Assembly: GCF_006345805.1 (NCBI RefSeq)
Contig: NC_043016.1
Coordinates: 17,050,001 to 17,114,000 of the forward strand
Length of the DNA stretch: 64,000 nt
Source: Octopus sinensis
Lineage: Eukaryota
Direction of reading: 5' to 3'
This document shows positions 1-13,300 of this stretch, piece after piece. Position 1 is the first letter of the stretch. Each line of letters starts with the position of its first letter. The notes beneath the pieces were generated by a model. That model did not search any database and was not told where the DNA came from. It was given only the letters and a program-made list of their open reading frames with translations. Position numbers and translations under genes: made by a program.

Positions 1-165
1 CACTCTCGGAGTGGTTGGCGTTAGGAAGGGCACCCAGCTGTAGAAACATTGCCAGATAAGACTGGAGCCTGGTGCAGCCTTCTGGCTTCTCAGATCCCCG
101 GTCGAACCGTCCAACCCATGCTAGCATGGAGAATGGACGTTAAACGATGATGATGATGATGATGA
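1..165 (+). mobile_element. 3' tail of an RTE-type SINE/LINE ending in (GAT)n
   Basis: ggagtggttggcgttaggaagggc...ccatgctagcatgg...taaacgatgatgat. The same tail recurs at 18815-18935 and three times at 34200-34905. RTE affinity is from recall and needs a Dfam/Repbase check. Confidence 0.7.
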
Positions 166-229
166 TATATATATATAAATATATATGTGTGTGTGTGTAT
201 ACACACACACAAAGATAAATTGATAGATA

Positions 230-592
230 CAACTGAGTGGGCAAACAAAAATATGAGACACAGCGTAGTCCTTTTTTTATGTTGATAAGCCTGGTACTTA
301 CTCTATCAGTTTCTTCTTGTGAAACCAGTAAGTTATGGGGATGTAAATAAACGAACACCAGTTGTGAAGCAGTGATGAGGGTGAAACACAAAGACACACA
401 CATAGACTTGCATATATACATACATATGCATACAATTGATTTCTTTCAGTTTCTGTCTACAAAATCCACTGACAAGGCTTTTGTTGGTCTGAGGCTATAG
501 CAGAAGACACATGCCAAGTCACCACATAGTGAGACTGAACCCAGGACCATGTGTTTTGGAGCGAAGTTTCTTACCACACAGCCACACCTGCA
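230..592 (-). mobile_element. Diverged copy of tRNA-derived SINE family S1
   Basis: Reverse complement of the S1 head (ggctgtgtggtaag...ggttcagtc...cttggc...tgtcttctgctatagcc) plus a diverged 3' half. Confidence 0.75.
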
Positions 593-965
593 CCTATGTA
601 TGTGTGTGTATGTGTGTATGGGTGTATATATGGATGCATATATGTGTATATATATATATATGTATATATTACATGTACATCTATATATATACATACACTT
701 ACACATACATGTATGCATATACATGTATACATATACATCTATATATATATACATGTATATATATATATATATATATACATGCATATGCATATATATACTC
801 CAATGCATAAATATATATATATATATGTATATAAATAATATATATATATATATATATACATCCATATGCATATATATATATATATATTATAATATATATA
901 TATATATATAATATACATACATACATATATATGCATCTATATATATACATCTATATATATGTACA
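593..965. repeat. (TA)n/(TG)n/(CA)n low-complexity tract
   Basis: Direct inspection. Confidence 0.95.
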
Positions 966-1134
966 ATTAAATATAAAATAATAAGGGTGAAAAATTGAAT
1001 ATTAATTTGATTAATATGAATTGAAAACACGTAGTATAGTATATAAGACCATAGCGGATCTTCTTCTAGCAAAATGGATGTTCACTGTTAATGGTTCATC
1101 CCTATTATATAATAGTTTGACTTTAATAGTTTCC

Positions 1135-1380
1135 CAATTAAAGTGAAAGTATCTGACATTACAATAGAGAGACGATTTCGGTTCATTTTTAACACGTAAT
1201 ACTGAAATAGTGGAGAAGATATGATATTGCTGTGGGGTTACCCTAGGGAAAAAGTTAATATTTTGCCGATGACACTCCCCGGACCCTAAGTAAGGCAAGT
1301 GTAAAATTTGAAGGGAATTGGTTGTGTAGTTCTCAAGTTTTAGGGAATCGTAGTGGAGAAGATATGATATTGCTGTGGGC
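1135..1380 (-). mobile_element. Fragment of non-autonomous Helitron family B (internal repeat region)
   Basis: Reverse complement matches the internal repeats and adjacent sequence of the 35473-36820 element (cttctccactatttcagtattacgtgttaaaa..., ccctaaaacttgagaactacacaacc). Confidence 0.85.
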
Positions 1381-4300
1381 CCAGGCCAGGAGGGGAACCA
1401 TTCCATCTATGCACACCTTCCCCTCCTGGGACACTAAACTCTGCTTTGGAAGACCTGTAGAGGCAAGTGGAATTGAGACCCTAACCTTCTGGCCCTGGCC
1501 AGGAGGGGAACCATTCCATCTATGCACACCTTCCCCTCCTGGGACACTAAACTCTGCTTTGGAAGACCTGTAAAGGCAGGTGGAATTGAGACCCTAACTT
1601 TGTGGCCCTGGCGAGAAGGGGAACCATTCCATCTATGCACTCCTTCCCCTCCTGGGACACTAAACTCTGCTTTGGAAAACCTGTAGAGGCATGTGGAATT
1701 GAGACCCTAACCTTGTGGCCCTGGCCAGGAGGGGAACCATTCCATCTATGCACACCTTCCCCTCCTGGGACACTAAACTTTGCTTTGGAAGACCTGTAGA
1801 GGGAAGTGGAATTGAGACCCTAACCTTGTGGCCCTGGCCAGGAGGGGAACCATTCCATCTATGCACACCTTCCCCTTCTGGGACACTAAACTCTGCTTTG
1901 GAAGACCTGTAGAGGCAAGTGGAATTGAGACCCTAACCTTGTGGCCCAGGCCGGGAGGGGAACCATTCCATCTATGCACACCTTCTCCGCCTGGGACACT
2001 AAACTCTGCTTTGAAAGACCTGTAGAGGCAAGTGGAATTGAGACCCTAACCTTGTGGCCCAGGCCAGGAGGGGAACCATTCCATCTATGCACACCTTCCC
2101 CTCCTGGGACACTAAACTCTGCTTTGAAAGACCTGTAGAGGTAAGTGGAATTGAGACCCTAACATTGTGGCCCTGGCCAGGAGGGGAACCATTCAATCTA
2201 TGCACACCTTCCCCTCCTGGGACACTAAACTCTGCTTTGGAAGACCTGTAGAGGCAAGTGGAATTGAGACCCTAACCTTGTGGCCCAGGCCAGGAGGGGA
2301 ACCATTCCATCTATGCACACCTTCCCCTCCTGGGACACTAAACTCTGCTTTGGAAGACCTGTAGAGGAAGTGGAATTGAGACCCTAACCTTGTAACCCAG
2401 GCCAGGAGGGGAACCATTCCATCAATGCACACCTTCCCCTCCTGGGACACTAAACTCTGCTTTGGAAGACCTAAGAGGCAAGTGGAATTGAGACCCTAAC
2501 CTTGTGGCCCAGGCCAGGAGGGGAAGCATTCCATCTATGCACACCTTCCCCTCCTGGGACACTAAACTCTGCTTTGGAAGACCTGTAGAGGCAAGTGGAA
2601 TTGAGTCCCTAACATTGTGCCCAGGCCAGGGGGAAGCATTCCATCTATGCACACCTTCCCCTCCTGGGACATGAAACTCTGCTTTGGAAGACCTGTAGAG
2701 GCAAGTGAATTGAGACCATAACCTTGTGGCCCAGGCCAGGAGGGGAACCATTCCATCTATGCACACCTTCCCCTCCTGGACACTAAACTCTGCTTTGGAA
2801 GACCTGTAGAGGTAAGTGGAATGGAGACCCTAACCTTGTGGCCCTGGCCAGGAGGGGAACCATTCCATCTATGCACACCTTCCCCTCCTGGGACACTAAA
2901 CTCTGCTTTGGAAGACTTGTAGAGGCAAGTGGAATTGAGACCCTAACCTTGTGGCCCAGGCCAGGAGGGGAACCATTCCATCTATGCACACCTTCCCCTC
3001 CTGGGACACTAAACTCTGCTTAAACTCTGCTTTGGAAGACCTGTAGAGGCAAGTGGAATTGAGACCTTAACCTTGTGGCCCAGGCCGGGAGGGGAACCAT
3101 TCCATCTATGCACACCTTCCCTGCCTGGGACACTAAACTCTGCTTTGAAAGACCTGTAGAGGCAAGTGGAATTGAGACCTTAACCTTCTGGCCCAGGCCA
3201 GGAGGGGAACCATTCCATCTATGCACACCTTCCCCTCCTGGGACACTAAACTCTGCTTTGGAAGACCTGTAGAGGCAAGTGGAATTGAGACCCTAACCTT
3301 GTGGCCCAGGCCAGGAGGGGAACCATTCCATCTATGCACATCTTCCCCTCCTGGGACACTAAACTCTCTGCTTTGGAAGACCTGTAGAGGCAAGTGGAAT
3401 TGAGACCCTAACCTTGTGGCCCAGGCCAGGAGGAAAACCATTCCATCAATGCACACCTTCCCCTCCTGGGACACTAAACTCTGCTTTGGAAGACCTGTAG
3501 AGGCAAGTGGAATTGAGACCCTAACCTTGTGGCCCAGGCCAGGAGGGGAAGCATTCCATCTATGCACACCTTCCCCTCCTGGACACTAAACTCTGCTTTG
3601 GAAGACCTGTAGAGGCAAGTGGAATTGAGTCCCTAACATTGTGGCCCTGGCCAGAGAGGGAAACCATTCCATCTATGCACACCTTCCCCTCCTGGACACT
3701 AAACTCTGCTTTGGAAGACCTGTAGAGGTAAGTGGAATTGAGACCCTAACCTTGTGGCCCTGGCCAGGAGGGGAACCATTCCATCTATGCACACCTTCCC
3801 CTCCTGGGACACTAAACTCTGCTTTGGAAGACTTGTAGAGGCAAGTGGATTGAGACCCTAACCTTGTGGCCCTGGCCAGGAGGGGAACCATTCCATCTAT
3901 GCACACCTTCCCCCCTGGGACACTAAACTCTGCTTTGGAAGACCTGTAGAGGCAAGTGGAATTGAGACCCTAACCTTGTGGCCCTGGCCAGGAGGGGAAC
4001 CATTCCATCTATGCACACCTTCCCCTCCTGGGACACTAAACTCTGCTTTGGAAGACCTGTAGAGGCAAGTGGAATTGAGACCCTAACCTTGTGGCCCAGG
4101 CCAGGAGGGGAAGCATTCCATCTATGCACACCTTCCCCTCCTGGGACACTAAACTCTGCTTTGGAAGACCTGTAGAGGCAAGTGGAATTGAGTCCCTAAC
4201 ATTGTGGCCCAGGCCAGGAGGGGAAGCATTCCATCTATGCACACCTTCCCCTCCTGGGACATTAAACTCTGCTTTAGAAGACCTGTAGAGGCAAGTGGAA

Positions 4301-7300
4301 TTGAGACCCTAACCTTGTGGCCCAGGCTAGGAGGGGAACCATTCCATCTATGCACACCTTCCCCTCCTGGGACACTAAACTCTGCTTTGGAAGACCTGTA
4401 GAGGCAAGTGGAATTGAGACCCTAACCTTGTGGCCCTGGCCAGGAGGGGAACCATTCCATCTATGCACACCTTCCCCTCCTGGGACACTAAACTCTGCTT
4501 TGGAAGACCTGTAGAGGCAAGTGGAATTGAGACCCTAACCTTGTGGCCCTTGCCAGAAGGGGAACCATTCCATCTATGCACACCTTCCCCTCCTGGGACA
4601 CTAAACTCTGCTTTGGAAGACCTGTAGAGGCAAGTGGAATTGAGACCCTAACCTTGTGGCCCTGGCCAGGAGGGGAAACATTCCATATATGCACACCTTC
4701 CCCTCCTGGGACACTAAACTCTGCTTTGGAAGACCTGTAGAGGCAAGTGGAATTGAGTCCCTAACATTGTGGCCCAGGCCAGGAGGGGAAGCATTCCATC
4801 TATGCACACCTTCCCCTCCTGGGACACTAAACTCTGCTTTGGAAGACCTGTAGAGGCAAGTGGAATTGAGACCCTAACCTTCTGGCCCTGGCCAGGAGGG
4901 GAACCATTCCATCTATGCACACCTTCCCCTCCTGGGACACTAAACTTTGCTTTGGAAGACCTGTAGAGGGAAGTGGAATTGAGACCCTAACCTTGTGGCC
5001 CTGGCCAGGAGGGGAACCATTCCATCTATGCACACCTTCCCCTTCTGGGACACTAAACTCTGCTTTGGAAGACCTGTAGAGGCAAGTGGAATTGAAACCC
5101 TAACCTTGTGGCCTAGGCCGGGAGGGGAACAATTCCATCTATGCACACCTTCCCCTCCTGGGACACTAAACTCTGCTTTGGAAGACCTGTAGAAGTAAGT
5201 GGAATTGAGACCCTAACCTTGTGGCCCTGGCCAAGAGGGGAACCATTCCATCTATGCACACCTTCCCCTCCTGGGACACTAAACTCTGCTTTGGAAGACC
5301 TGTAGAGGCAAGTGGAATTGAGACCCTAACCTTGTGGCCCAGACCAGGAGGGGAACCATTCCATCTATGCACACCTTCCCCTCCTGGGACACTAAACTCT
5401 GCTTTGGAAGACCTGTAGAGGCAAGTGGAATTGAGACCCTAACCTTGTGGCCCAGGCCAGGAGGGGAACCATTCCATCAATGCACACCTTCCCCTCCTGG
5501 GACACTAAACTCTGCTTTGGAAGACCTAAGAGGCAAGTGGAATTGAGACCCTAACCTTGTGGCCCAGGCCAGGAGGGGAAGCATTCCATCAATGCACACC
5601 TTCCCCTCCTGGGACACTAAACTCTGCTTTGGAAGACCTGTAGAGGCAAGTGGAATTGAGACCCTACCTTGTGGCCCAGGCCAGGAGGGGAACCATTCCA
5701 TCTATGCACACCTTCCCCTCCTGGGACATAAACTCTGCTTTGGAAGACCTGTAGAGGCAAGTGGAATTGAGACCCTAACCTTGTGGCCCAGGCCAGGAGG
5801 GGAACCATTCCATCTATGCACAACTTCCCCTCCTGGGACACTAAACTCTGCTTTGGAAGACCTGTAGAGGCAAGTGGAATGGAGACCCTAACCTTGTGGC
5901 CCTGGCCAGGAGGGGAACCATTCCATCTATGCACACCTTCCCCTCCTGGGACACTAAACTCTGCTTTGGAAGACCTGTAGAGGCAAGTGGAATTGAGACC
6001 CTAACCATGTGGCTCAGGCCAGGAGGGGAACCATTCCCTCTATGCACACCTTCCCCTCCTGGGACACTAAACTCTGCTTTGGAAGACCTGTAGAGGCAAG
6101 TGGAATTGAGACCCTAACCTTGTGGCCCTGGCCAGGAGGGGAACCATTCCATCTATGCACACCTTCCCCTCCTGGCACACTAAACTGTGCTTTGGAAGAC
6201 CTGTAGAGGCAAGTGGAATTGAGACCCTGACCTTGTGGCCCTGGCCAGGAGGGAACCATTCCATCTATGCACACCTTCCCCTCCTGGGACACTAAACTCT
6301 GCTTTGGAAGACCTGTAGAGACAAGTGGAATTGAGATCCTAACCTTGTGGCCCAGGCCGGGAGGGGAACCATTCCATCTATGCACACCTTCCCCGCCTGG
6401 GACACTAAACTCTGCTTTGAAAGACCTGTAGAGGCAAGTGGAATTGAGACCCTAACCTTCTGGCCCAGGCCAGGAGGGGAAACATTCCATCTATGCACCT
6501 TCCCCTCCTGGGACACTAAACTCTGCTTTGGAAGACCTGTAGAGGTAAGTGGAATTGAGACCCTAACCTTGTGGCTCTGGCCAGGAGGGGAACCATTCCA
6601 TCTATGCACACCTTCCCCTCCTGGGACACTAAACTCTGCTTTGGAAGACCTGTAGAGGCAAGTGGAATTGAGACCCTAACCTTGTGGCCCATGCCAGGAG
6701 GGGAACCATTCCATCTATGCACACCTTCCCCTCCTGGGACACTAAACTCTGCTTTGGAAGACCTGTAGAGGCAAGTGGAATTGAGACCCTAACCTTGTGG
6801 CCCAGGCCAGGAGGGGAAGCATTCCATCTATGCACACCTTCCCCTCCTGTGACACTAAACTCTGCTTTGGAAGACCAGTAGAGGCAAGTGGAATTGAGAC
6901 CCTAACCTTGTGGCCCTGGCCAGGAGGGGAACCATTCCATCTATGCACACCTTCCCCTCCTGGGACACTAAACTCTGCTTTGGAAGACCTGTAGAGGCAA
7001 GTGGAATTGAGACCCTAACCTTGTGGCCCTGGCCAGGAGGGGAACCATTCCATCTATGCACACCTTCCCCTCCTGGGACACTAAACTCTGCTTTGGAAGA
7101 CCTGTAGAGGCAAGTGGAATTGAGACCCTAACCTTGTGGACCAGGCCAGGAGGGGAACCATTCCATCTATGCACACCTTCCCCTCCTGGGAAACTAAACT
7201 CTGCTTTGGAAGACCTGTAGAGGCAAGAGGAATTGAGTCCCTAACATTGTGGCCCAGGCCAGGAGGGGAAGCATTCCATCTATGCACACCTTCCCCTCCT

Positions 7301-10300
7301 GGGACATGAAACTCTGCTTTGGAAGACCTGTAGAGGCAAGTGGAATTGAGACCCCAACCTTGTGGCCCAGGCCAGGAGGGGAACCATTCCATCTATGCAC
7401 ACCTTCCCCTCCTGGGACACTAAACTCTGCTTTGGAAGACCTGTAGAGGTAAGTGGAATTGAGACCCTAACCTTGTGGCCCTGGCCAGGAGGGGAACCAT
7501 TCCATCTATGCACACCTTCCCCTCCTGGGACACTAAACTCTGCTTTGGAAGACCTGTAGAGGCAAGTGGAATTGAGAACCTAACCTTGTGGCCCTGGCCA
7601 GAAGGGGAACCATTCCATCTATGCACACCTTCCCCTCCTGGGACACTAAACTCTGCTTTGGAAGACCTGTAGAGGCAAGTGGAATTGAGACCCTCACCTT
7701 GTGGCCCTGGCCAGGAGGGGCACCATTCCATCTATGCACACCTTCCCCTCCTGGGACACTAAACTCTGCTTTGGAAGACCAGTAGAGGCGAGTGGAATTG
7801 AGACCCTAACCTTGTGGCCCTGGCCAGGAGGGGAACCATTCCATCTATGCACACCTTCCCCTCCTGGGACACTAAACTCTGCTTTGGAAGACCTGTAGAG
7901 GCAAGTGGAATTGAGACCCTGACCTTGTGGCCCTGGCCAGGAGGGGAACCATTCCATCTATGCACACCTTCCCCTCCTGGGACACTAAACTCTGCTTTGG
8001 AAGACCTGTAGAGGCAAGTGGAATTGAGACCCTAACCTTGTGGCCCTGGCCAGAAGGGGAACCATTCCATCTATGCACACCTTCCCCTCCTGGGACACTA
8101 AACTCTGCTTTGGAAGACCTGTAGAGGCAAGTGGAATTGAGACCCTAACCTTGTGGCCCTGGCCAGGAGGGGAACCATTCCATCTATGCACACCTTCCCC
8201 TCCTGGGACACTAAACTCTGCTTTGGAAGACCTGTAGAGGCAAGTGGAATTGAGACCCTAACCTTGTGGCCCTGGCCAGGAGGGGAACCATTCCATCTAT
8301 GCACACCTTCCCCTCCTGGGACACTAAACTCTGCTTTGGAAGACCTGTAGAGGCAAGTGGAATTGAGACCCTAACCATGTGGCCCTGGCCAGGAGGGGAA
8401 CCATTTCATCTATGCACACCTTCCCCTCCTGGGACACTAAACTCTGCTTTGGAAGACCTGTAGAGGCAAGTGGAATTGAGACCCTAACCTTGTGGCCCTG
8501 GCCAGGAGGGGAACCATTCCATCTATGCACACCTTCCCCTCCTGGGACACTAAACTCTGCTTTGGAAGACCTGTAGAGGCAAGTGGAATTGAGACCCTAA
8601 CCTTGTGGCCCTGCCAGGAGGGGAACCATTCCATCTATGCACACCTTCCCCTCCTGGGACACTAAACTCTGCTTTGGAAGACCTGTAGAGGCAAGTGGAA
8701 TTGAGACCCTAACCATGTGGCCCTGGCCAGGAGGGGAACCATTCCATCTATGCACACCTTCCCCTCCTGGGACACTAAACTCTGCTTTGGAAGACCTGTA
8801 GAGGTAAGTGGAATTGAGACCCTAACCTTGTGGCCCTGGCCAGGAGGGGAACCATTCCATCTATGCACACCTTCCCCTCCTGGGACACTAAACTCTGCTT
8901 TGGAAGACCTGTAGAGGCAAGTGGAATTGAGACCCTAACCTTGTGGACCAGGCCAGGAGGGGAACCATTCCATCTATGCACACCTTCCCCTCCTGGGACA
9001 CTAAACTCTGCTTTGGAAGACCTGTAGAGGCAAGAGGAATTGAGTCCCTAACATTGTGGCCCAGGCCAGGAGGGGAAGCATTCCATCTATGCACACATTC
9101 CCCTCCTGGGACATGAAACTCTGCTTTGGAAGACCTGTAGAGGCAAGTGGAATTGAGACCCCAACCTTGTGGCCCAGGCCAGGAGGGGAACCATTCCATC
9201 TATGCACACCTTCCCCTCCTGGGACACTAAACTCTGCTTTGGAAGACCTGTAGAGGTAAGTGGAATTGAGACCCTAACCTTGTGGCCCTGGCCAGAAGGG
9301 GAACCATTCCATCTATGCACACCTTCCCCTCCTGGGACACTAAACTCTGCTTTGGAAGACCTGTAGAGGCAAGTGGAATTGAGACCCTAACCTTGTGGCC
9401 CTGGCCAGGAGGGGCACCATTCCATCTATGCACACCTTCCCCTCCTGGGACACTAAACTCTGCTTTGGAAGACCTGTAGAGGCAAGTGGAATTGAGACCC
9501 TGACCTTGTGACTCTGGCCAGGAGGGAACCATTCCATCTATGCACACCTTCCTGGGACACTAAACTCTGCTTTGGAAGACCTGTAGAGGCAAGTGGAATT
9601 GAGACCCTAACCTTGTGGCCCTGGCCAGAAGGGGAACCATTCCATCTATGCACACCTTCCCCTCCTGGGACACTAAACTCTGCTTTGGAAGACCTGTAGA
9701 GGCAAGTGGAATTGAGACCCTAACCTTGTGGCCCTGGCCAGGAGGGGAACCATTCCATCTATGCACACCTTCCCCTCCTGGGACACTAAACTCTGCTTTG
9801 GAAGACCTGTAGAGGCAAGTGGAATTGAGACCCTAACCTTGTGGCCCTGGCCAGGAGGGGAACCATTCCATCTATGCACACCTTCCCCTCCTGGGACACT
9901 AAACTCTGCTTTGGAAGACCTGTAGAGGCAAGTGGAATTGAGACCCTAACCTTGTGGCCCAGGCCAGGAGGGCAACCATTCCATCTATGCACACCTTCCC
10001 CTCCTGGGACACTAAACTCTGCTTTGGAAGACCTGTAGAGGCAAGTGGAATTGAGACCCTAACCTTGTGGCCCTGGCCAGGAGGGGAACCATTCCATCTA
10101 TGCACACCTTCCCCTCCTGGGACACTAAACTCTGCTTTGGAAGACCTGTAGAGGCAAGTGGAATTGAGACCCTAACCTTGTGGCCCAGGCCAGGAGGGGA
10201 ACCATTCCATCTATGCACACCTTCCCCTCCTGGGAAACTAAACTCTGCTTTGGAAGACCTGTAGAGGCAAGAGGAATTGAGTCCCTAACATTGTGGCCCA

Positions 10301-13300
10301 GGCCAGGAGGGGAAGCATTCCATCTATGCACACCTTCCCCTCCTGGGACATAAACTCTGCTTTGGAAGACCTGTAGAGGCAAGTGGAATTGAGACCCAAC
10401 CTTGTGGCCCAGCCAGGAGGGGAACCATTCCATCTATGCACACCTTCCCCTCCTGGGACACTAAACTCTGCTTTGGAAGACCTGTAGAGGTAAGTGGAAT
10501 TGAGACCCTAACCTTGTGGCCCTGGCCAGGAGGGGAACCATTCCATCTATGCACACCTTCCCCTCCTGGGACACTAAACTCTGCTTTGGAAGACCTGTAG
10601 AGGCAAGTGGAATTGAGAACCTAACCTTGTGGCCCTGGCCAGAAGGGGAACCATTCCATCTATGCACACCTTCCCCTCCTGGGACACTAAACTCTGCTTT
10701 GGAAGACCTGTAGAGGCAAGTGGAATTGAGACCCTAACCTTGTGGCCCTGGCCAGGAGGGGCACCATTCCATCTATGCACACATCCCCTCCTGGGACACT
10801 AAACTCTGCTTTGGAAGACCAGTAGAGGCGAGTGGAATTGAGACCCTAACCTTGTGGCCCTGGCCAGGAGGGGAACCATTCCATCTATGCACACCTTCCC
10901 CTCCTGGGACACTAAACTCTGCTTTGGAAGACCTGTAGAGGCAAGTGGAATTGAGACCCTGACCTTGTGGCCCTGGCCAGGAGGGAACCATTCCATCTAT
11001 GCACACCTTCCCCTCCTGGGACACTAAACTCTGCTTTGGAAGACCTGTAGAGGCAAGTGGAATTGAGACCCTAACCTTGTGGCCCTGGCCAGAAGGGGAA
11101 CCATTCCATCTATGCACACCTTCCCCTCCTGGGACACTAAACTCTGCTTTGGAAGACCTGTAGAGGCAAGTGGAATTGAGACCCTAACCTTGTGGCCCTG
11201 GCCAGGAGGGGAACCATTCCATCTATGCACACCTTCCCCTCCTGGGACACTAAACTCTGCTTTGGAAGACCTGTAGAGGCAAGTGGAATTGAGACCCTAA
11301 CCTTGTGGCCCTGGCCAGGAGGGGAACCATTCCATCTATGCACACCTCCCCTCCTGGGACACTAAACTCTGCTTTGGAAGACCTGTAGAGGCAAGTGGAA
11401 TTGAGACCCTAACCATGTGGCCCTGGCCAGGAGGGGAACCATTCCATCTATGCACACCTTCCCCTCCTGGGACACTAAACTCTGCTTTGGAAGACCTGTA
11501 GAGGCAAGTGGAATTGAGACCCTAACCTTGTGGCCCTGGCCAGGAGGGGAACCATTCCATCTATGCACACCTTCCCCTCCTGGGACACTAAACTCTGCTT
11601 TGGAAGACCTGTAGAGGCAAGTGGAATTGAGACCCTAACCTTGTGGCCCTGGCCAGGAGGGGAACCATTCCATCTATGCACACCTTCCCCTCCTGGGACA
11701 CTAAACTCTGCTTTGGAAGACCTGTAGAGGCAAGTGGAATTGAGACCCTAACCATGTGGCCCTGGCCAGGAGGGGAACCATTCCATCTATGCACACCTTC
11801 CCCTCCTGGGACACTAAACCCTGCTTTGGAAGACCTGTAGAGGTAAGTGGAATGGAGACCCTAACCTTGTGGCCCTGGCCAGGAGGGGAACCATTCCATC
11901 TATGCACACCTTCCCCTCCTGGGACACTAAACTCTGCTTTGGAAGACTTGTAGAGGCAAGTGGAATTGAGACCCTAACCTTGTGGCCCAGGCCAGGAGGG
12001 GAACCATTCCATCTATGCACACCTTCCCCTCCTGGGACACTAAACTCTGCTTTGGAAGACCTGTAGAGGCAAGTGGAATTGAGACCTTAACCTTGTGGCC
12101 CAGGCCGGGAGGGGAACCATTCCATCTATGCACACCTTCCCTGCCTGGGACACTAAACTCTGCTTTGAAAGACCTGTAGAGGCAAGTGGAATTGAGACCC
12201 TAACCTTCTGGCCCAGGCCAGGAGGGGAACCATTCCATCTATGCACACCTTCCCCTCCTGGGACACTAAACTCTGCTTTGGAAGACCTGTAGAGGTAAGT
12301 GGAATTGAGACCCTAACCTTGTGGCTCTGGCCAGGAGGGGAACCATTCCATCTATGCACACCTTCCCCTCCTGGGACACTAAACTCTGCTTTGGAAGACC
12401 TGTAGAGGCAAGTGGAATTGAGACCCTAACCTTGTGGCCCAGGCCAGGAGGGGAACCATTCCATCTATGCACATCTTCCCCTCCTGGGACACTAAACTCT
12501 GCTTTGGAAGACCTGTAGAGGCAAGTGGAATTGAGACCCTAACCTTGTGGCCCAGGCCAGGAGGGGAACCATTCCATCAATGCACACCTTCCCCTCCTGG
12601 GACACTAAACTCTGCTTTGGAAGACCTGTAGAGGCAAGTGGAATTGAGACCCTAACCTTGTGGCCCAGGCCAGGAGGGGAAGCATTCCATCTATGCACAC
12701 CTTCCCCTCCTGGGACACTAAACTCTGCTTTGGAAGACCTGTAGAGGCAAGTGGAATTGAGTCCCTAACATTGTGGCCCAGGCCAGGAGGGGAACCATTC
12801 CATCTATGCACACCTTCCCCTCCTGGGACACTAAACTCTGCTTTGGAAGACCTGTAGAGGTAAGTGGAATTGAGACCCTAACCTTGTGGCCCTGGCCAGG
12901 AGGGGAACCATTCCATCTATGCACACCTTCCCCTCCTGGGACACTAAACTCTGCTTTGGAAGACTTGTAGAGGCAAGTGGAATTGAGACCCTAACCTTGT
13001 GGCCCAGGCCAGGAGGGGAACCATTCCATCTATTCACACCTTCCCCTCCTGGGACACTAAACTCTGCTTTGGAAGACCTGTAGAGGCAAGTGGAATTGAG
13101 ACCCTAACATTGTGGCTCAGGCCAGGAGGGGAACTATTCCATCTATGCACACCTTCCCCTCCTGTGACACTAAACTCTGCTTTGGAAGACCAGTAGAGGC
13201 AAGTGGAATTGAGACCCTAACATTGTGGCCCTGGCCAGGAGGGGAACCATTCCATCTATGCACACCTTCCCCTCCTGGGACACTAAACTCTGCTTTGGAA

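Noticed and set aside
2350-3950. Patches of monomers with many 1-bp indels and an 11-bp duplication at ~3010-3030
   Set aside because: The pattern is typical of low-quality long-read consensus; not treated as biology without raw reads.
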